From NCBI RefSeq assembly GCF_964204645.1, contig NC_134030.1:7855122-7919121 (forward strand): 64,000 nucleotides of DNA, in the 5' to 3' direction. This stretch comes from Tubulanus polymorphus (lineage: Eukaryota > Animalia > Nemertea). Below, piece after piece: positions 36,688-50,232 of this stretch. The first letter of the stretch is position 1. Every line of letters starts with the position of its first letter. Below the pieces are notes generated by a model, which did not search any database, was not told where the DNA came from, and saw only the letters and a list, made by a program, of their open reading frames with translations. Both the position numbers and the translations under genes were made by a program.

Positions 36688-37926
36688 TTAGCAATCGTCT
36701 TCCCCATTCGCGTGTTCGTTTCCATTTATCATTACGAACGATTCGACTTTATTTTCGACTGTCATTTGTTGTTTCAGTTTGCGTAATTCGACTTGTAAAT
36801 CGTGCATTTGAAATCTTGCCCTTTGCAGCATACGCCGGGATTTTATCGATTCGGGCGAATCGGCTTCCGTCTCGACGTATACCTCGTATTTGTTTTGCGG
36901 CTTGTCGACCGCTTTCAAAGCGATTTCGGAGTTTATCTTGAAGACGGGCACGTCGGTGAATATGACGTTATCGGTGGTGAATTTTTTCGAAAATATCACC
37001 TCGGTATCCTGTTGATGCGCGACTGGTGGTGGCGGCGGCGGTGCATTTTCGGCAAGTTGGTTGCAAGAGGAAGCCTCGGCACCCCTGAGTTCGAACGGGA
37101 ACGGTATCGAATCGAAAACGATATTGCCGACGAGAGTTGAATCGTCCATGAATAACTGGCTCCAATACTGCGAATCGTCAACGTTCGGGAACAGAGTGTT
37201 AACCTCTCTTAACGCGTTGTTTACCATGATTCTCGCGAACCGATCGATTTTCGCCATGTTCCTGGCGAATTTCACGCGCTCTAGATCCTCCAGGTAACGA
37301 TTCGCGAGGACGGTTATCGGCGGCAATTCGGTAGCCTGCAATTCCGCTAGGCGTCGCTCCTCATCGGCAACTCCGTACTCGTTCGACGAGCAGGAAGATC
37401 CGGTCTCGGAAGCGTTATGTTCGTCGTCGCCGAAAGCCGCCATATCGTCGACGTCGTCGTCCCAGTTTGAAGACATCGACGAAACCGATGACCTCGTGTT
37501 AGATCCTAAAGTCTCGCGAGATGCCGCGCGATCTTTCTTTCTCAATTTTCGCCGTTTGGACGGAGATAGAAGCTTGACATCCACAGGAGGTTTATTCATC
37601 GGTTCATTTTCAGCCAATGATCCATGATAGCCATTGGGCAACTCGCCGTTTTCACTTGCCTCTACCCCTTGATCGTTATTTTTGATATCGGGAAGATCGT
37701 GCATACACATATCTGTAAGGCACTTCTTGCCGAGAATATCGGAAATGACATCATCTTGAATGTTTGATGACATCTCCCAGTCTAGCATTCGAAGTTCGTC
37801 TTCAATTTTGCTTGACAACGAGTCGAAAACTTTCATATCCGGCTTGCCCGGATGTTCGCTGTTTTCAATACGCGTATTCACAACTACATCGCCGTTCACT
37901 AGCTCCAAGTCATCTGAATCACCCAT
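36688..37926 (-). CDS. Uncharacterised acidic, largely low-complexity protein (412 aa), single coding exon
   Basis: Uninterrupted 1239-nt ORF, GC-richer than flanks, splice acceptor (TTTTCAG at 37943) just upstream of the ATG; no domain recognised; basic cluster KRRKLRKKDR, poly-Pro, C-terminal coiled-coil-like segment. Confidence 0.75.
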   Translation of the reverse strand: MGDSDDLELVNGDVVVNTRIENSEHPGKPDMKVFDSLSSKIEDELRMLDWEMSSNIQDDVISDILGKKCLTDMCMHDLPDIKNNDQGVEASENGELPNGYHGSLAENEPMNKPPVDVKLLSPSKRRKLRKKDRAASRETLGSNTRSSVSSMSSNWDDDVDDMAAFGDDEHNASETGSSCSSNEYGVADEERRLAELQATELPPITVLANRYLEDLERVKFARNMAKIDRFARIMVNNALREVNTLFPNVDDSQYWSQLFMDDSTLVGNIVFDSIPFPFELRGAEASSCNQLAENAPPPPPPVAHQQDTEVIFSKKFTTDNVIFTDVPVFKINSEIALKAVDKPQNKYEVYVETEADSPESIKSRRMLQRARFQMHDLQVELRKLKQQMTVENKVESFVMINGNEHANGEDDC

Positions 37927-40900
37927 AATGAATGAATTAAGCCTGAAAATAAAGAAAAAGATCCGAATAAGGTTCTAATGACAGGTTATCTGAGACAGAA
38001 AATGTAGTTAGCACGAGGGATTCGGGAAACACACGTAATCCCCATTCTGAACTATCCCTTCAAATACGTTGTTAGGGTGTTGAGAATTTCAATACGATAC
38101 GCGGAGAAATAGTAATATAAGAAGCTTTCCACATCTCTTATGTCTACATATCTGGTTTACAGAGACATGCGTTGATCAAAGGAGCAAATAAAAATAGCTA
38201 CAAAAACTACATGTGGCGATGCAAATCGGCGGATGAACAATTGACGGCTATGACTCTGCAATGTGCGTGTGGGGGAAAGTAAAACCGCTTCGTTCGCGTA
38301 ATCATTTTCAGGTGAAAACCGTGTAAACAAGTGCACGAAAATAAATCTGAACGATCGACGTATGAACCGTTAAAGTTTATTACAAAACTTTGCAATGGAA
38401 TTTCAACTATAAATTGCCTCACAATTTTCCTCGGTTGAGCGATGTGTTTTTTTTTAGAGTCGATGTTTTTGCTTTCAGAATTCGCTCTTGCTTCTGAGTT
38501 TCAGGCCCGAAGAGGTGGAGGGGGCAAAAGAGAATGCCACTCGTTTTTAATCTTAGAATATTATTCAGCTAAAACGTATAACATTTCAACTATAACAACT
38601 TAATATATGTATATGCATTAAATTTGTCGATCTTTTCATTTAGACCCTCGATCAACGGGAATCATTCGATCAGAGGCCATTGTCTGAGCATCAAATTTCT
38701 GAAGTCTTTCCGTGGGAGAGCCCACAGTTTTCATTTCAGTTCCAACTGAATTAAAAACGGACCCACCCACTCATTTCCCATGCTACGGAAATGAGTTTGT
38801 ATTTTTTTCAATTCTTCTTCGGCTGTTAAAAATTGTAGGCAAGGTAAGGATTGTTACCAGGATTGCAACGGAATGCACGTATTCTGTATTGCTTTTCAAT
38901 GGATGAAGTCTGACCAGAACATTTATTTCGTACTTTCTGCCTGGAACGACGATTTTAGTGTGTTATCTATGGGAAATAGTTCACTTTATTAAACGTGTGT
39001 AGAGCACATTCGGTTATCGTGGTGGTATTCGTTTTAATGAAAATACCATTCATTCAGCACGCAATAAGCTCGACTCGGAAGTTGCACTTTAACATTTTCA
39101 TTTACTTTGATTCCTACGCTAATTCGGGATCAATTGATCTTAAACGCGCACGTGCTTTGTCTTTATTTGATGAGTCTATTACCGGGTAAGATCTTCTAAA
39201 AAGAATAAGATTTTGTTTTTCACCAGCCGACGTGTCTGTTTGTACCGATCTGTTTCCATGACGACTACAGATAGATATATCATTGACGTATACAAAACTA
39301 AAATTCGTTCCTCGATAAAATTAACTCGTGACGCCGAAGAATAGAAAAAAATGGAAAAAAAGAACAATAGAAAAATTTCATATTGCCGTATCTTCACACG
39401 CGCCGGGGGGGGGGGGGGAAATTAACTGCAAAGGAAACATATATTCGATCGAGAAATTCTGGTAGTACCAATTACTTAGTTATCGGTTGGCGTTGATTGG
39501 CGCCTTTTGAAGATAATGAATTGAAAGCCGATCAAACTAGATTTAAGACAGGAATCAATGCGGGTGGCTGGCGGCGGCTTTAAGCCGAAATGGTGCAGTT
39601 AAGCGTATCTATATAAGTCTGAAAGCTGCGCGTAATAAGATAGATAGAGGTTTCATCGTATAATCTATTAGATTCTGTGCCTACGATTCAATAAATCGAA
39701 TAAGTAATTCGTTTTGCGTTTATGAAGTCGTCAATCTTAAACTGACGACGTTTCAAAGCCGAAGCTGCTCGTTTATTCTCGATGTCTTGGTCTTGCACAA
39801 GGCATGCTTACGGTGCTTTAGCCAAACCGGCCTGGTTCTGGAGAACCCTACACGTATAAAACACATGGTGGTTATGTATAAAAACCAAACAGTTATTTCT
39901 TTTCTTTAACACTTTATGGTATTATATTTCCGCGGGAAATCACCAAAATCACTATAAAAAAGTAATAAAAAAGCTTTCCTCGCAAATCCGGCAACAAAAT
40001 ACACGTTAAATGATGAATAATAAATCGAAAAACACGAAACCATGGCAATACAGCCAATATCTGCGGATAGATATTTTGCAGAGATTAACTCGCGTTCTAC
40101 TCACCCCACCGACGTCAGGAAAGGATGCTACCAATTTAACTACCCCTTAGTTAATCGCTGGACCTGTGAATGAATTATTTCACTTAATTGATAATGAATT
40201 GTGATGAAATATTTAGATACGCTTTGCACCGCGAGAATAATGTGGCATAGGGCCAAATGAGGGAATGCGCTGGAATGACAAGTTCATTTTCAAAAGGTCA
40301 TCTAAGATTACTGAAAACATTTTTTTCCGATTTGTGTCATGTGTTGAATTTCACTTGTCGGGGTAATATTTCGATATGAATGACGCAACAAACCATTTTG
40401 AATTTATTTTCATTGCTGACGTTAGTTATATTGTCTGTCATAATAAAAGTCGAGTGCGAAACAGAAATAAAATTCATGACCTGGGATAAAACAGTTATCT
40501 GAATCAATATGATGATAACACACGTAGGTAAAAAGGTTTTGTCCCGCCTGAAGATGTGGGTGGCCGCTTCGTAGTCGATACTTGCATACCATACGAGGAT
40601 CTGTCTCCAGAGAAGCTGGTCAAAAATCGAGCCGTGTCCTTCGCAAATTACTCCGAGTGTTTCTCGGAGAAATTAAAAACGAAACTGTTTCCGCGCGTGC
40701 CTAGGAATAGCGCCCGGAAAGGCACGGCCGTGCTACCGCGCAATACGAAGCGTTTCATCTGCGGGGCAGGTCTATTACACGGCTTCATCTCATCAATACG
40801 ACTGTAAAAGCTATACCCACGCACGCTACCGAGTGTCAGGTGCGCTAAGTAATAAACGCGATAACAATCTAACGTATAAAACACTGCAATAAGCGTGCGT

Positions 40901-41654
40901 GATTTCTTCCTTGCGCCTGTAACATCGGTATTTTTTTAGTCAAAAAACCCCCGAGAGTATCGTTCTCTACCGTGAGATGTTATCGACGTTACAGTATGAA
41001 ATGATAAATTAGGCGCCGCATTAACCAGCGAAACTGCGTCTCGGTCACAGAGAGTGAATTACATCTGCCAATTTCTGATCTGTGATTTACGATTCGAGTC
41101 AATGCTCGGAAAACTCGAAGACGACAAATAACAAATCCAACTTACCAAAATGAGAGCGATTAAGTTCTGTTTTATGGTTCTCACAAATGTGAATGCGAGA
41201 TCTGTATTCCGCAGGGGTAAACATGTACTACACGTCTCGTCAACGTGCCGCCTGTGAGACAAGAAGCCGTTTAAGGCTCCGCTTCCGTAATCAGAGTTTC
41301 ATATCGATGAGCGACGGTGAGAATTCCCATTAATTGTTGGCGTTAAGACGTACGTACGACAGAAAGAGAGCCGGTGAGTGTTTTCTCATGACGACCGTGC
41401 ACTCGTCTCCTAACGCATCCACTGGGATTATAAAATGACTCCCAATTACCCCCTCGATAAGATCCAACTTGTTCGTGTTAGTACTGCTATAATCACGGGT
41501 ATCTATTCAAGAGCCGTTTAAACGATAAGCTGTATTCTGTAGATGAGAAACTTAATTCAATATCGCAGTTACGGGGACAATTTCGTCGTCAATTTCGAAT
41601 TGCCGTTGATTTGCAGTGTATTTAGTGAGGAATTGTCGGATACAATGGTGATGA

Positions 41655-41715
41655 TTGTACGTATGTCATAACTACTCCATAGCTCAGGAGCTGCAATGGC
41701 GAACGGACGTATAAT
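41655..41715 (-). mobile_element. Possible L2/CR1 LINE ORF2 C-terminal remnant
   Basis: RPFAIAAPELWSS.YDIR resembles the R.F..AAP.LWN.LP..IR motif; short and degenerate. Confidence 0.3.
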
Positions 41716-44700
41716 TGAATTCCAGTCGGACCTGGCAGAGATCGCGTGATGAGAATCGATGGTCAACGTCGAACGGGCAACCCGCAGGGAGATAGTCGTC
41801 GGGTTATTATATATATGCATCAGTCGATTTTATGAATTTTGAATACACGGAACCCTTGGGCGAATTGAGTAGTAGCAAGATTAGTTAGTGTAATGGACCG
41901 ATACATTGTAAGATGTAACGTCGATACATGTATATATTACGACTTGAGAGCGCGAGCTAGGAAAACATGCAAAATAACTACTACAACATAGTTGTTTGAC
42001 ATTGATTGGTACGATTGACCGATGAAATGCAATGTATATCCGACAGAAATGGAGAGAACGATTGGATGCCGTGAGTGCTTCGGGCAAATATCGTGGCAAC
42101 AAATTGAAGGCTGCTGTAGAAAGAAAATGAAACAGGCATTTTGGCAAAAATGACTGCACCGACTGCGAGAAGTGTACCGTGTTGTCAATGGAATCTAGAG
42201 GTTCACTATCAATGGGCAGAAAATCGTGGACAAGCTGGTTGTACTCCAGAAACCTTTTAAATCTACTCAGGCTATGTTATGTTGTCAGAGCTGTTCCCGT
42301 AATTCTTAGTTGAATCCATCAACAAATTGCTTTGTGAGCGCAGCGCGGATAAATGAGTCAATCAATATTGCAAAACCTTACCACATAACATCTATTTGCA
42401 CAGAGGATATGGAGCCTGCGAGGATCGTAATTATCACAAAAATAAGACCCGAAATCGCTGCAACGAGTTATTTACCAATTATATACCGCACTTTATCATT
42501 TACGGAGTAAATCTATCGGGCAAATGGCGTGTTTGTAGCCAATTTCTTTCATTACTGACTTCTGAGTATACGCTAAATATCTGTGTGGTTGAAGTTCATT
42601 AGTTTAACGACGTCGTAGCTGACTGTTTATCGTTTTTAACAACTTAAAAAAGCGCCCGCTGAAATATCTGATGATATTTCCAATTCTCGATAGAAATATG
42701 AAAAGTTTCATTCGTACATTATTTACGTTCATTAAACGACATTATTTTGTACACACTCGAGTGCCCAGGGGTCCAGTTCGTCCTTGAGTATCGTGTATAC
42801 ACAGATGAGCCGGTTTCGGCCACTGCTATGCTTCCAAACTCAATGAATACTCGCGACAGAAAATCAGCTTGACATGAAAAACGACAAAATGATGTAGATG
42901 CTTCACGTAATAACGTGCACCGTGAAGGGGATGACACATTATAACGGGCAGGTGACTTTTGATGTCTCTCCTAGATGAGTGTCGTGTCTTGTACATGTTG
43001 GTTGATACTGTATGAAGAGCAGATGTTTGAGCCGAGCGCCTGTCGATACAACTCATAAATGAAACTAATGACTCGGAAGCAAATTCTCCACGATACCTTG
43101 CAGATTATGAAGATGTACCTCTAAGTCATATTAACTGAGATCATGAAATAACGGAAAAAGGAACGGTGAAAGATGCTGATGTAAAAAGACAAAGATATTA
43201 CGGTAAATGTGGCCTGCCATTGAAATAAACTAGACAGCCAACTTAATTAATCCCAATTAAACTCGCCAACCCTTGCCGGTTGAGACTGGTTGGAAGAGTG
43301 TTTGAATGAACAGTAACCGAATTTCCCAATCATGAACTTCGATTTAAACAAAGAAATCCTGTAAACTCGACCACCGATCACAGAACAATATATCTGTATA
43401 CTTCGATTACCGATTTCAAAATCAAACCCCCTGTTTCAACAAAATCTACCAGCTAGATAAATCAGGGTCCATCCCTATTTCAAGATAAAAAATGCAACTC
43501 GAGCAGTTAAAGTCGAGCCACTAACAATTTGATTATGTACCAATGCAAATTTAGAAAAGCCATCATCCCAGACAAGACTGGATAAGCTTTAACAAGCATT
43601 TCTTATATTTACCGTCTTGTTTTAAGTTCATTTTTTTCAGGGCCATCGTTTTAATACGAGCTAGATATTTACCAAACGTTGCGGAGCTTTTTTCCTCGAG
43701 TTCGGTCACACATGCTCGCCGTCTGCAGGTTCAGGGATATGTAAACAATAATTAAATTCACAAACAAATCTCATGATCTTAAGGAATGGTATGTAAGAAC
43801 CTCAGCGTGTCGCGGATGAAATGTAAGCGAAGGTTTCTTTAAGAAACTTTTTTTTTTTGAAACGGCAGCGCCTTAGTCTAGAATAATGACTCGTCTCCGA
43901 TTTCTGGTATTTCATTCATTTGCCAATTTGCTGTGTATCGAATGTAAGTTTTACCCTGACGCCAAAATACATTCGTTTTTTGTTAACCATATATTGAATC
44001 GATACATTTTTAGTAATATAATACGGATACGAGGGATACGTTTTCACGTCACCATCCCATAACTCTGTATAAAGCTACGGCCATATCAAAAAACACAATT
44101 TAATCAAAACCCCGTTCAACATTCTATTCTCTTAAAACGGGGATGTCACATTGTCAATTTCAGCAGATGATTTACGAGAAACAGGATATAAATTCACAAT
44201 GAAGCGTCACGTTACAGAATGATGTCGTAGAGGCGAGCTAAAGATAACAATGATTATATACCTTCATACGATTCGATGTATGTTTCCTATGTGGAGGCGG
44301 TAGTTTACTTCTGCTCATTCGCTTGTCAATTACGCATCTTTCGCAGCGACGTTCGTACGTATACACGATTCGAAAATACCGCCAACACCTATTCTGAGTC
44401 TCATATTTTACCCGAACATTCGTTTTGCCTCTGAGCCGCCTTGCCGCTTTTAGTTTTTGTTAAAATATGCGTACTTAAATTCTTGTATTTTGTAAGGTTT
44501 AGTTAGCAACGTGCTGATGAAACTTTGATGTAATTTCAAGTTGTTCTGTACGGCCCCGGTATTATCAACCGTAACCCACGAACGCACGATATAAAATAAG
44601 AATTATTTTTCATTTCTTCATGGGGCTAAAAAACTGATACCTATTTGTTTCTCCTTTCTGCTGAGCTCAAAAGTTGACCCGGCCAGCCGCCTATTGACCC

Positions 44701-47207
44701 CGTACATTACTCTTGAAATCACGATCAAGCTAACCATAACAGACCCGGCAGCCAGAAATGAACTGATTACACATTTCATTGCGATTTACCAACCGATTAT
44801 AGGAGAAAAGAGTCAAGGTATGAAAGATATAAGCGAAGTCGTCTTTATCAAGGTTGTGGTTTATCATTTCATTTCACAGAAAGGTATATGGGTATTTCTG
44901 TACATACCCAGTGTCATTTAAAAATGGATCATGTATTCATGACGTTTTCGTATCCACGAAATATTTATTTCTCTATTATAGACTAAATATCTTCTAATAA
45001 TTAAGCCCCTGGAGTTAAGCCCCTGTGTAGTACTTACCGACTATTCTGGATTCCTCTATTTTCCGAGCCGTACTACGATCTACTCGAGCATCGTTGCTGT
45101 ACTTATGAGCTCGCTCTGGCGTAACCGAATGATACCTACCAGCAAGATAGTGATGTCGAGCAACCGACGCTGCGAGTGAAGGTATAAATAGTCTCAACCG
45201 ATCAGTTAACCTTACCGTCGAGAAAATACAGTATTACGAACGTTCGCAAGCTAAAGTTCCGATTGTGTAAAATAATATGTTTACCCCACGGAGCGAACTA
45301 GACGACCACGGGCTAATGTTATCAGTCTAATTGTCGGTTCCTTAATAAACCTTATAAACGTAGTACGTATCTTCTAAATCAAAATAAAAAGTTTGAAAGA
45401 CTGAAAATACGTACGTGAAACAGCTGCACTTTTTCATGTTTTTCTCGTGGTTTTTTAAACCGTTTTCTAAGAAATGTCGTCAGACGTTCTTGTTTTTCCG
45501 TCGAGAAGCTGTATCAGCGTGGACGTTTCGTGTGCGTCATAGTAAACAGGTTGATCATAGCCCTTCCGTGTTACGAAAACAAAAACGAGCGATATCTTAT
45601 CAGCCCAACGAAAAATCGGATAAAGTTCCAGTCATTCGCCACTCAACGAAGGGTATTGTAGTATATGTAAACTATCAAGAATCAGTTTTATCAGCATGTA
45701 CGCAGTGCAGGAAAATCTGATGCCATTTCAGATGGACGGTCGGATAATCATTGACGTCATCGAATAGAAAACTTATCTAAGGAGCCTATATTCAAATCTA
45801 CTACTTTAAGATCGTATGCTCTCTTATTTTACTTAAATTTTTACATCCCCAATGGATAGCTTATACCAGGTGCGGTTTATTCAATGGAAAATAAAAAATT
45901 ATTTTTCTATATCAAATAGTCTGTCAAATCTTGTCCATGCGTTAGAGACAGGACCCAGTCACCCAGAAAAAAGTTACAATACAGATATGTCAAGTAATTT
46001 CGCATAATTTTCGTAATCGATTCTACGTATCTGACTGCAAAAATATGGCTATATAAAAAACATTTCACTTGTGCTCGAACTGTAGGATATTCAATCGTTA
46101 ACAAGAAAGGTAAATCATTGTACTTGATAGTTCAGACACTTGTTTTACTTTGTTAACTAAAGACTCGTAGATCATTCAAGTATCTCGATCTCGGCGTGTT
46201 TTCATAATGACGATCGTTTTCGTTTTCAGGCTCGTTGCATTTGTCGACAAGTGAATCCGGTAGATGGCGAATAGATGGCTACATTTCTGTTTACTCCGAA
46301 AACTCTAACATCCGTGATTCGTTGACTAATGAATATTCTATTCATCATTCTTTATTTTAAAAATCAGTGAAATGCAAAATTAGATAATGAAATATTGGAT
46401 ATTGATATATGATACATTTTGCATTTTTTTCGGACCAAAAGCAAATCTTACGTGACGAGGCCACCCAGGTCAATATGGGCGACAATACCCTTCAAGAATA
46501 CTATATTTTGTTTCACGCAGCGTAAAATACAATTCCGCGCCGCGAGAAATCAAAGAACAAACTTTGTTTAGTCATTCGAATCGAATTTTATATCGAAATA
46601 AATTTAACTCCACACTGAATATCTTACAAAAGAAACTGCATTTTTCGAATGCTTTTTCTATTTTCACGCTGTCATATACTCGCAATGAACCGTTCGTTGT
46701 TAAACCCCGGGCCATCTTTGACATGGAGCTAATTAATCATGTAATCGTCGTTGCTTTTTACCAACCGCTAGGGGGTTTATAACGCTGACAAACTCCGTAT
46801 AGGACTATGGCATTACAAGTTCACTTGTGGCATAATTATTATGTATTGTACGCATAAAACATATTCATGATACAACATCGCTCCTACATATAGTTTCTAC
46901 AGTGTATATGTCAAGACATAACCTCAGGCATGGTTTAAGCAGCTTAAATACACTTCTTTCGGGATGCAAGGCGATAATACATACATCAAAATATAATCCG
47001 CAGACAAAACTGTAGATCCAATGCTCACAGGGAAAGCTATGTACGTTGATCTTTTTTTCAGAAACTGTTTGAGCGAATGAAACCCTGCAGTGATTATGGT
47101 TCCATGAATAATTCTGCGTTTCCATTTGCCAACTAGATGTTCGATGATATGGCTTTACTAGGCATTGTTTGGTGGCTACTCTGCGTGAATCGTAAGTTAT
47201 CTACATG

Positions 47208-47373
47208 CTTGTTTGTTTGTTTGTTTTTGCTTCACGTCGTTTGGATCTTGGTTCCCTTAATCCTATTGGATTGGGATTGTTCATTTAACCTCATGACGGG
47301 ACGGATTTAGAAGTGTTGCCCTGTAGTAAGCAGCCAACAGGATTCGAACCCGCTTATTACTCATCACTGATAG
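47208..47373 (-). mobile_element. tRNA-derived SINE, second copy (A box lost)
   Basis: Shares TTCATTTAACCTCA(C/T)GACGGGACGG..GTAAGCAGCC..CAGGA(C/T)TCGAACCC..ACTGATAG with 4149-4328; (AAAC)n tail. Confidence 0.7.
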
Positions 47374-50232
47374 GTAAAGCAAAGGCATCACGTGTATTTG
47401 AAACTTTTCTGTATCAGATACTCATGGATACGTGCATGTCAGTATTCAGATTATGAGCGCTCATCGGAGAATAACTCAAAACTCAATTCAAAACGTGTTT
47501 CCGGAATCTATGCCTTCACCTTTGAATCTTTGAATCTCACCTTTGAATCTCGGGAGAAATATTCTTCTAATTTCAGAAATAATCGCCGATAAATGTCCTC
47601 CTGATAGACCCGATGTCGGCTATTCGGTTAAGAAATTTCACTATCCAATAAACGAAAGCATCGCGCGTGAAATCATCCGCAATCGTAAAATAGATAACTG
47701 TTTTAGGGTAAGGCATGTTATTCGTAGAATTCGTTTCCCAATTCTATGTAGTTAAGCAAAAGTCCAATAATGTAACATTCTAATGCGGAATAATTTCGAA
47801 CGCGGAGCGGGGGATCGAGACTCCCTTCAACCTCCATTGGATCCGTCCTGCACTGGAATAAGCATCAACAGATGAGGATTCCTGAATACTGGACGATTAT
47901 TCCATGATGCTGGGCAGTGAACTTAAGAGCTCCACTGCCGAATGATCTTTTGATTGATATCGAGATTATGAAAAATAAATAGACCGTTTCCTCGTATCAT
48001 TGATTATGGTATAGATTTTTAATTTTTCCCTTCTTTTTTTTCCAAGAAATGCATTGAACTGTTCACACAGGATAACGGAAAGTGTCGCGCAATCAGTTAT
48101 ACGGGAGACCAATCTGGGATAGGTTCGACGTGCTTTATGCTGCAAACCACGTTCAAGGCTCAGCCGGAAGTTTTTCGAAACCAACAGGAAGTTCGATACA
48201 TTGCACCTTTTTGTTTCAAAAAGAAAAAACCCGGTGCGTATGTGCGCTGCTTCTAACACTAGATGTAACATTCGCCAGAGATTCGGATCTAGTGGCCATG
48301 GCCGAGTATCGTGGTGCCATCAGGTTCGAATCCCTGTCTTATGTTCCCTTGCATCATATAGTTGTAGGTTGTCCATCCGAAAGACCTGACGTATTATTCA
48401 GAACTGTCGGAAACATAATTCCTAGATACCACAGAGACGTGCTAAAAATATATACTGATGTAAAGTTAGACGACTGCCTAGGCGTAAGTTAGATTTCTAA
48501 ACATTGTTGAGCCTACAGTGATCTATCTACGCGTAGATTTAAGGGGTAATGCTTTGTCATCTGTGTTTTTTTTAAAGAAAAATCATTAGGGATGAAATGG
48601 AGTGTTCTGAATAACTATTTTTCTTAGGTCTCATTTATTTCTTCTATGATTTTCTGCCATACTTTTGATATAGTTACTATACGGTCTCGAATGAATAAGT
48701 ATATATTATTCAGATATTTTTTCGATAGATTTGCCTTGCGAATTTCAAGAAAATAACCAAATCCGATTGTCGCGCTATAGTCTATATAAAACAGCAAAGG
48801 AAATGCTTCGTCATGAAGACGAACATACAAATCAGTCCGGAAAGTTTCCAACAAAATTTGGTGGTCGGAATTTACATTGAGCCATACTGTGCCAGAAAAG
48901 GTAAGAATCTGAAAACCTTCAAACTGTACTTCTTTGAACTAGACACCGACTACTTTCAGCAATGACAGGAATAAACCGAGGTATGAGCACTTTCTTTTTT
49001 TCATATCAAAATAGGACCTTATTTATTTAATTGGTAGATTCCGTTGTATTTGGTGTGCCCGACAAACCCACCACAGCTACCGGGAGCGAAGAAGGCTTTA
49101 GCATGTTCCTAGCTAGATGTGATATTCTTTATATTTCTATTTTTGGATGACCGGCTTATGGAGCTCGAAAATTTTCGAAATTGAAGGAACAGCGAAAATT
49201 CAACTTTGGGGCTCGGTTAAACGCCTTGTGTGAAAGTAACGAAATGACTACTACATGTAGTATACGATTTCAGTTGACGAAGCTTCATCGACCTGACAAC
49301 AAACGATGTACACCAGTTCTGGTGTAATCAATCACATCAATCTGTTCTTACGTTGCTTCGTTTTAACCAGCGATAGAAGTCATGCGGAAGTATTTATAGT
49401 TGGTATCGAACTATTGTATCTGATAATGAAGATTTTAGCAAACAAGTATTTTGCATATCTAATATCAGATAGATAATGATAAAATCATAACAGTGAATTG
49501 ATATAGAACAGGCTCTGTATATGAATCCATACACATTGACCCCTTAATTCTATTTTTATGAAAAGATTAGGGGCAGATCCAAAAAAGGGGGCCTAAGTTA
49601 CCCAGACCCCCTATTTTAGCCGAGATTACATTTTCACTCCCTGGCCTAAGAAAGTTACACACATACATTTTGTTCTAGAATCACTCTAGATGCCCAGAAA
49701 AAGATCCATTTTTTCCAAATTTCCTTAGGGCCCAAAACCCCCTTGTAGGGACTTAGCGACTACGGTACTCGTGTTCATGTACCATCAGTCGATCGTTGAC
49801 AAAAATACGAATTTCGATAAACGGGGCTAGTTCTAAAGTCACGGCTTAATTTCAAGAATTTAAGACCATCTGCATTCTACATTGTATAACCAGCTAAAGG
49901 CCAGTCTTATGATGTAAAGACCAAATTTGGCCATTTCTTTTTATGTCACGACTATGGAACCGGCCCCAGATAAATTGACAATCTGCAGCTAATGAAAATA
50001 ACAACATTGATGACAAACTGGATTCAAAATGCGATTTTTAATGAGTGATTAAATGTGAAACTGGATCCTAAATTATTGGAGCTCGCGATGATCGAAAATC
50101 GATATTCCAATCACCGGTAAATTATGACTTGACATGTCAGTGTGTTTGCGAAAAAATATTGTATATCTGCAGAATGCGTTTTCAAAGTAAATAAACGGCA
50201 TGCGTGCATTTTCTCATGTCTATTCAAAACAG

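Noticed and set aside
48295-48340. A-box/B-box-like motifs (TGGCCGAGT, GGTTCGAATCC)
   Set aside because: Spacing too short for a tRNA and no second copy in the window; at most a SINE relic.
38000-48700. Numerous 60-136 aa ORFs
   Set aside because: No domain motifs or consistent exon chains found; treated as intergenic or UTR-intron sequence, though small exons could have been missed.
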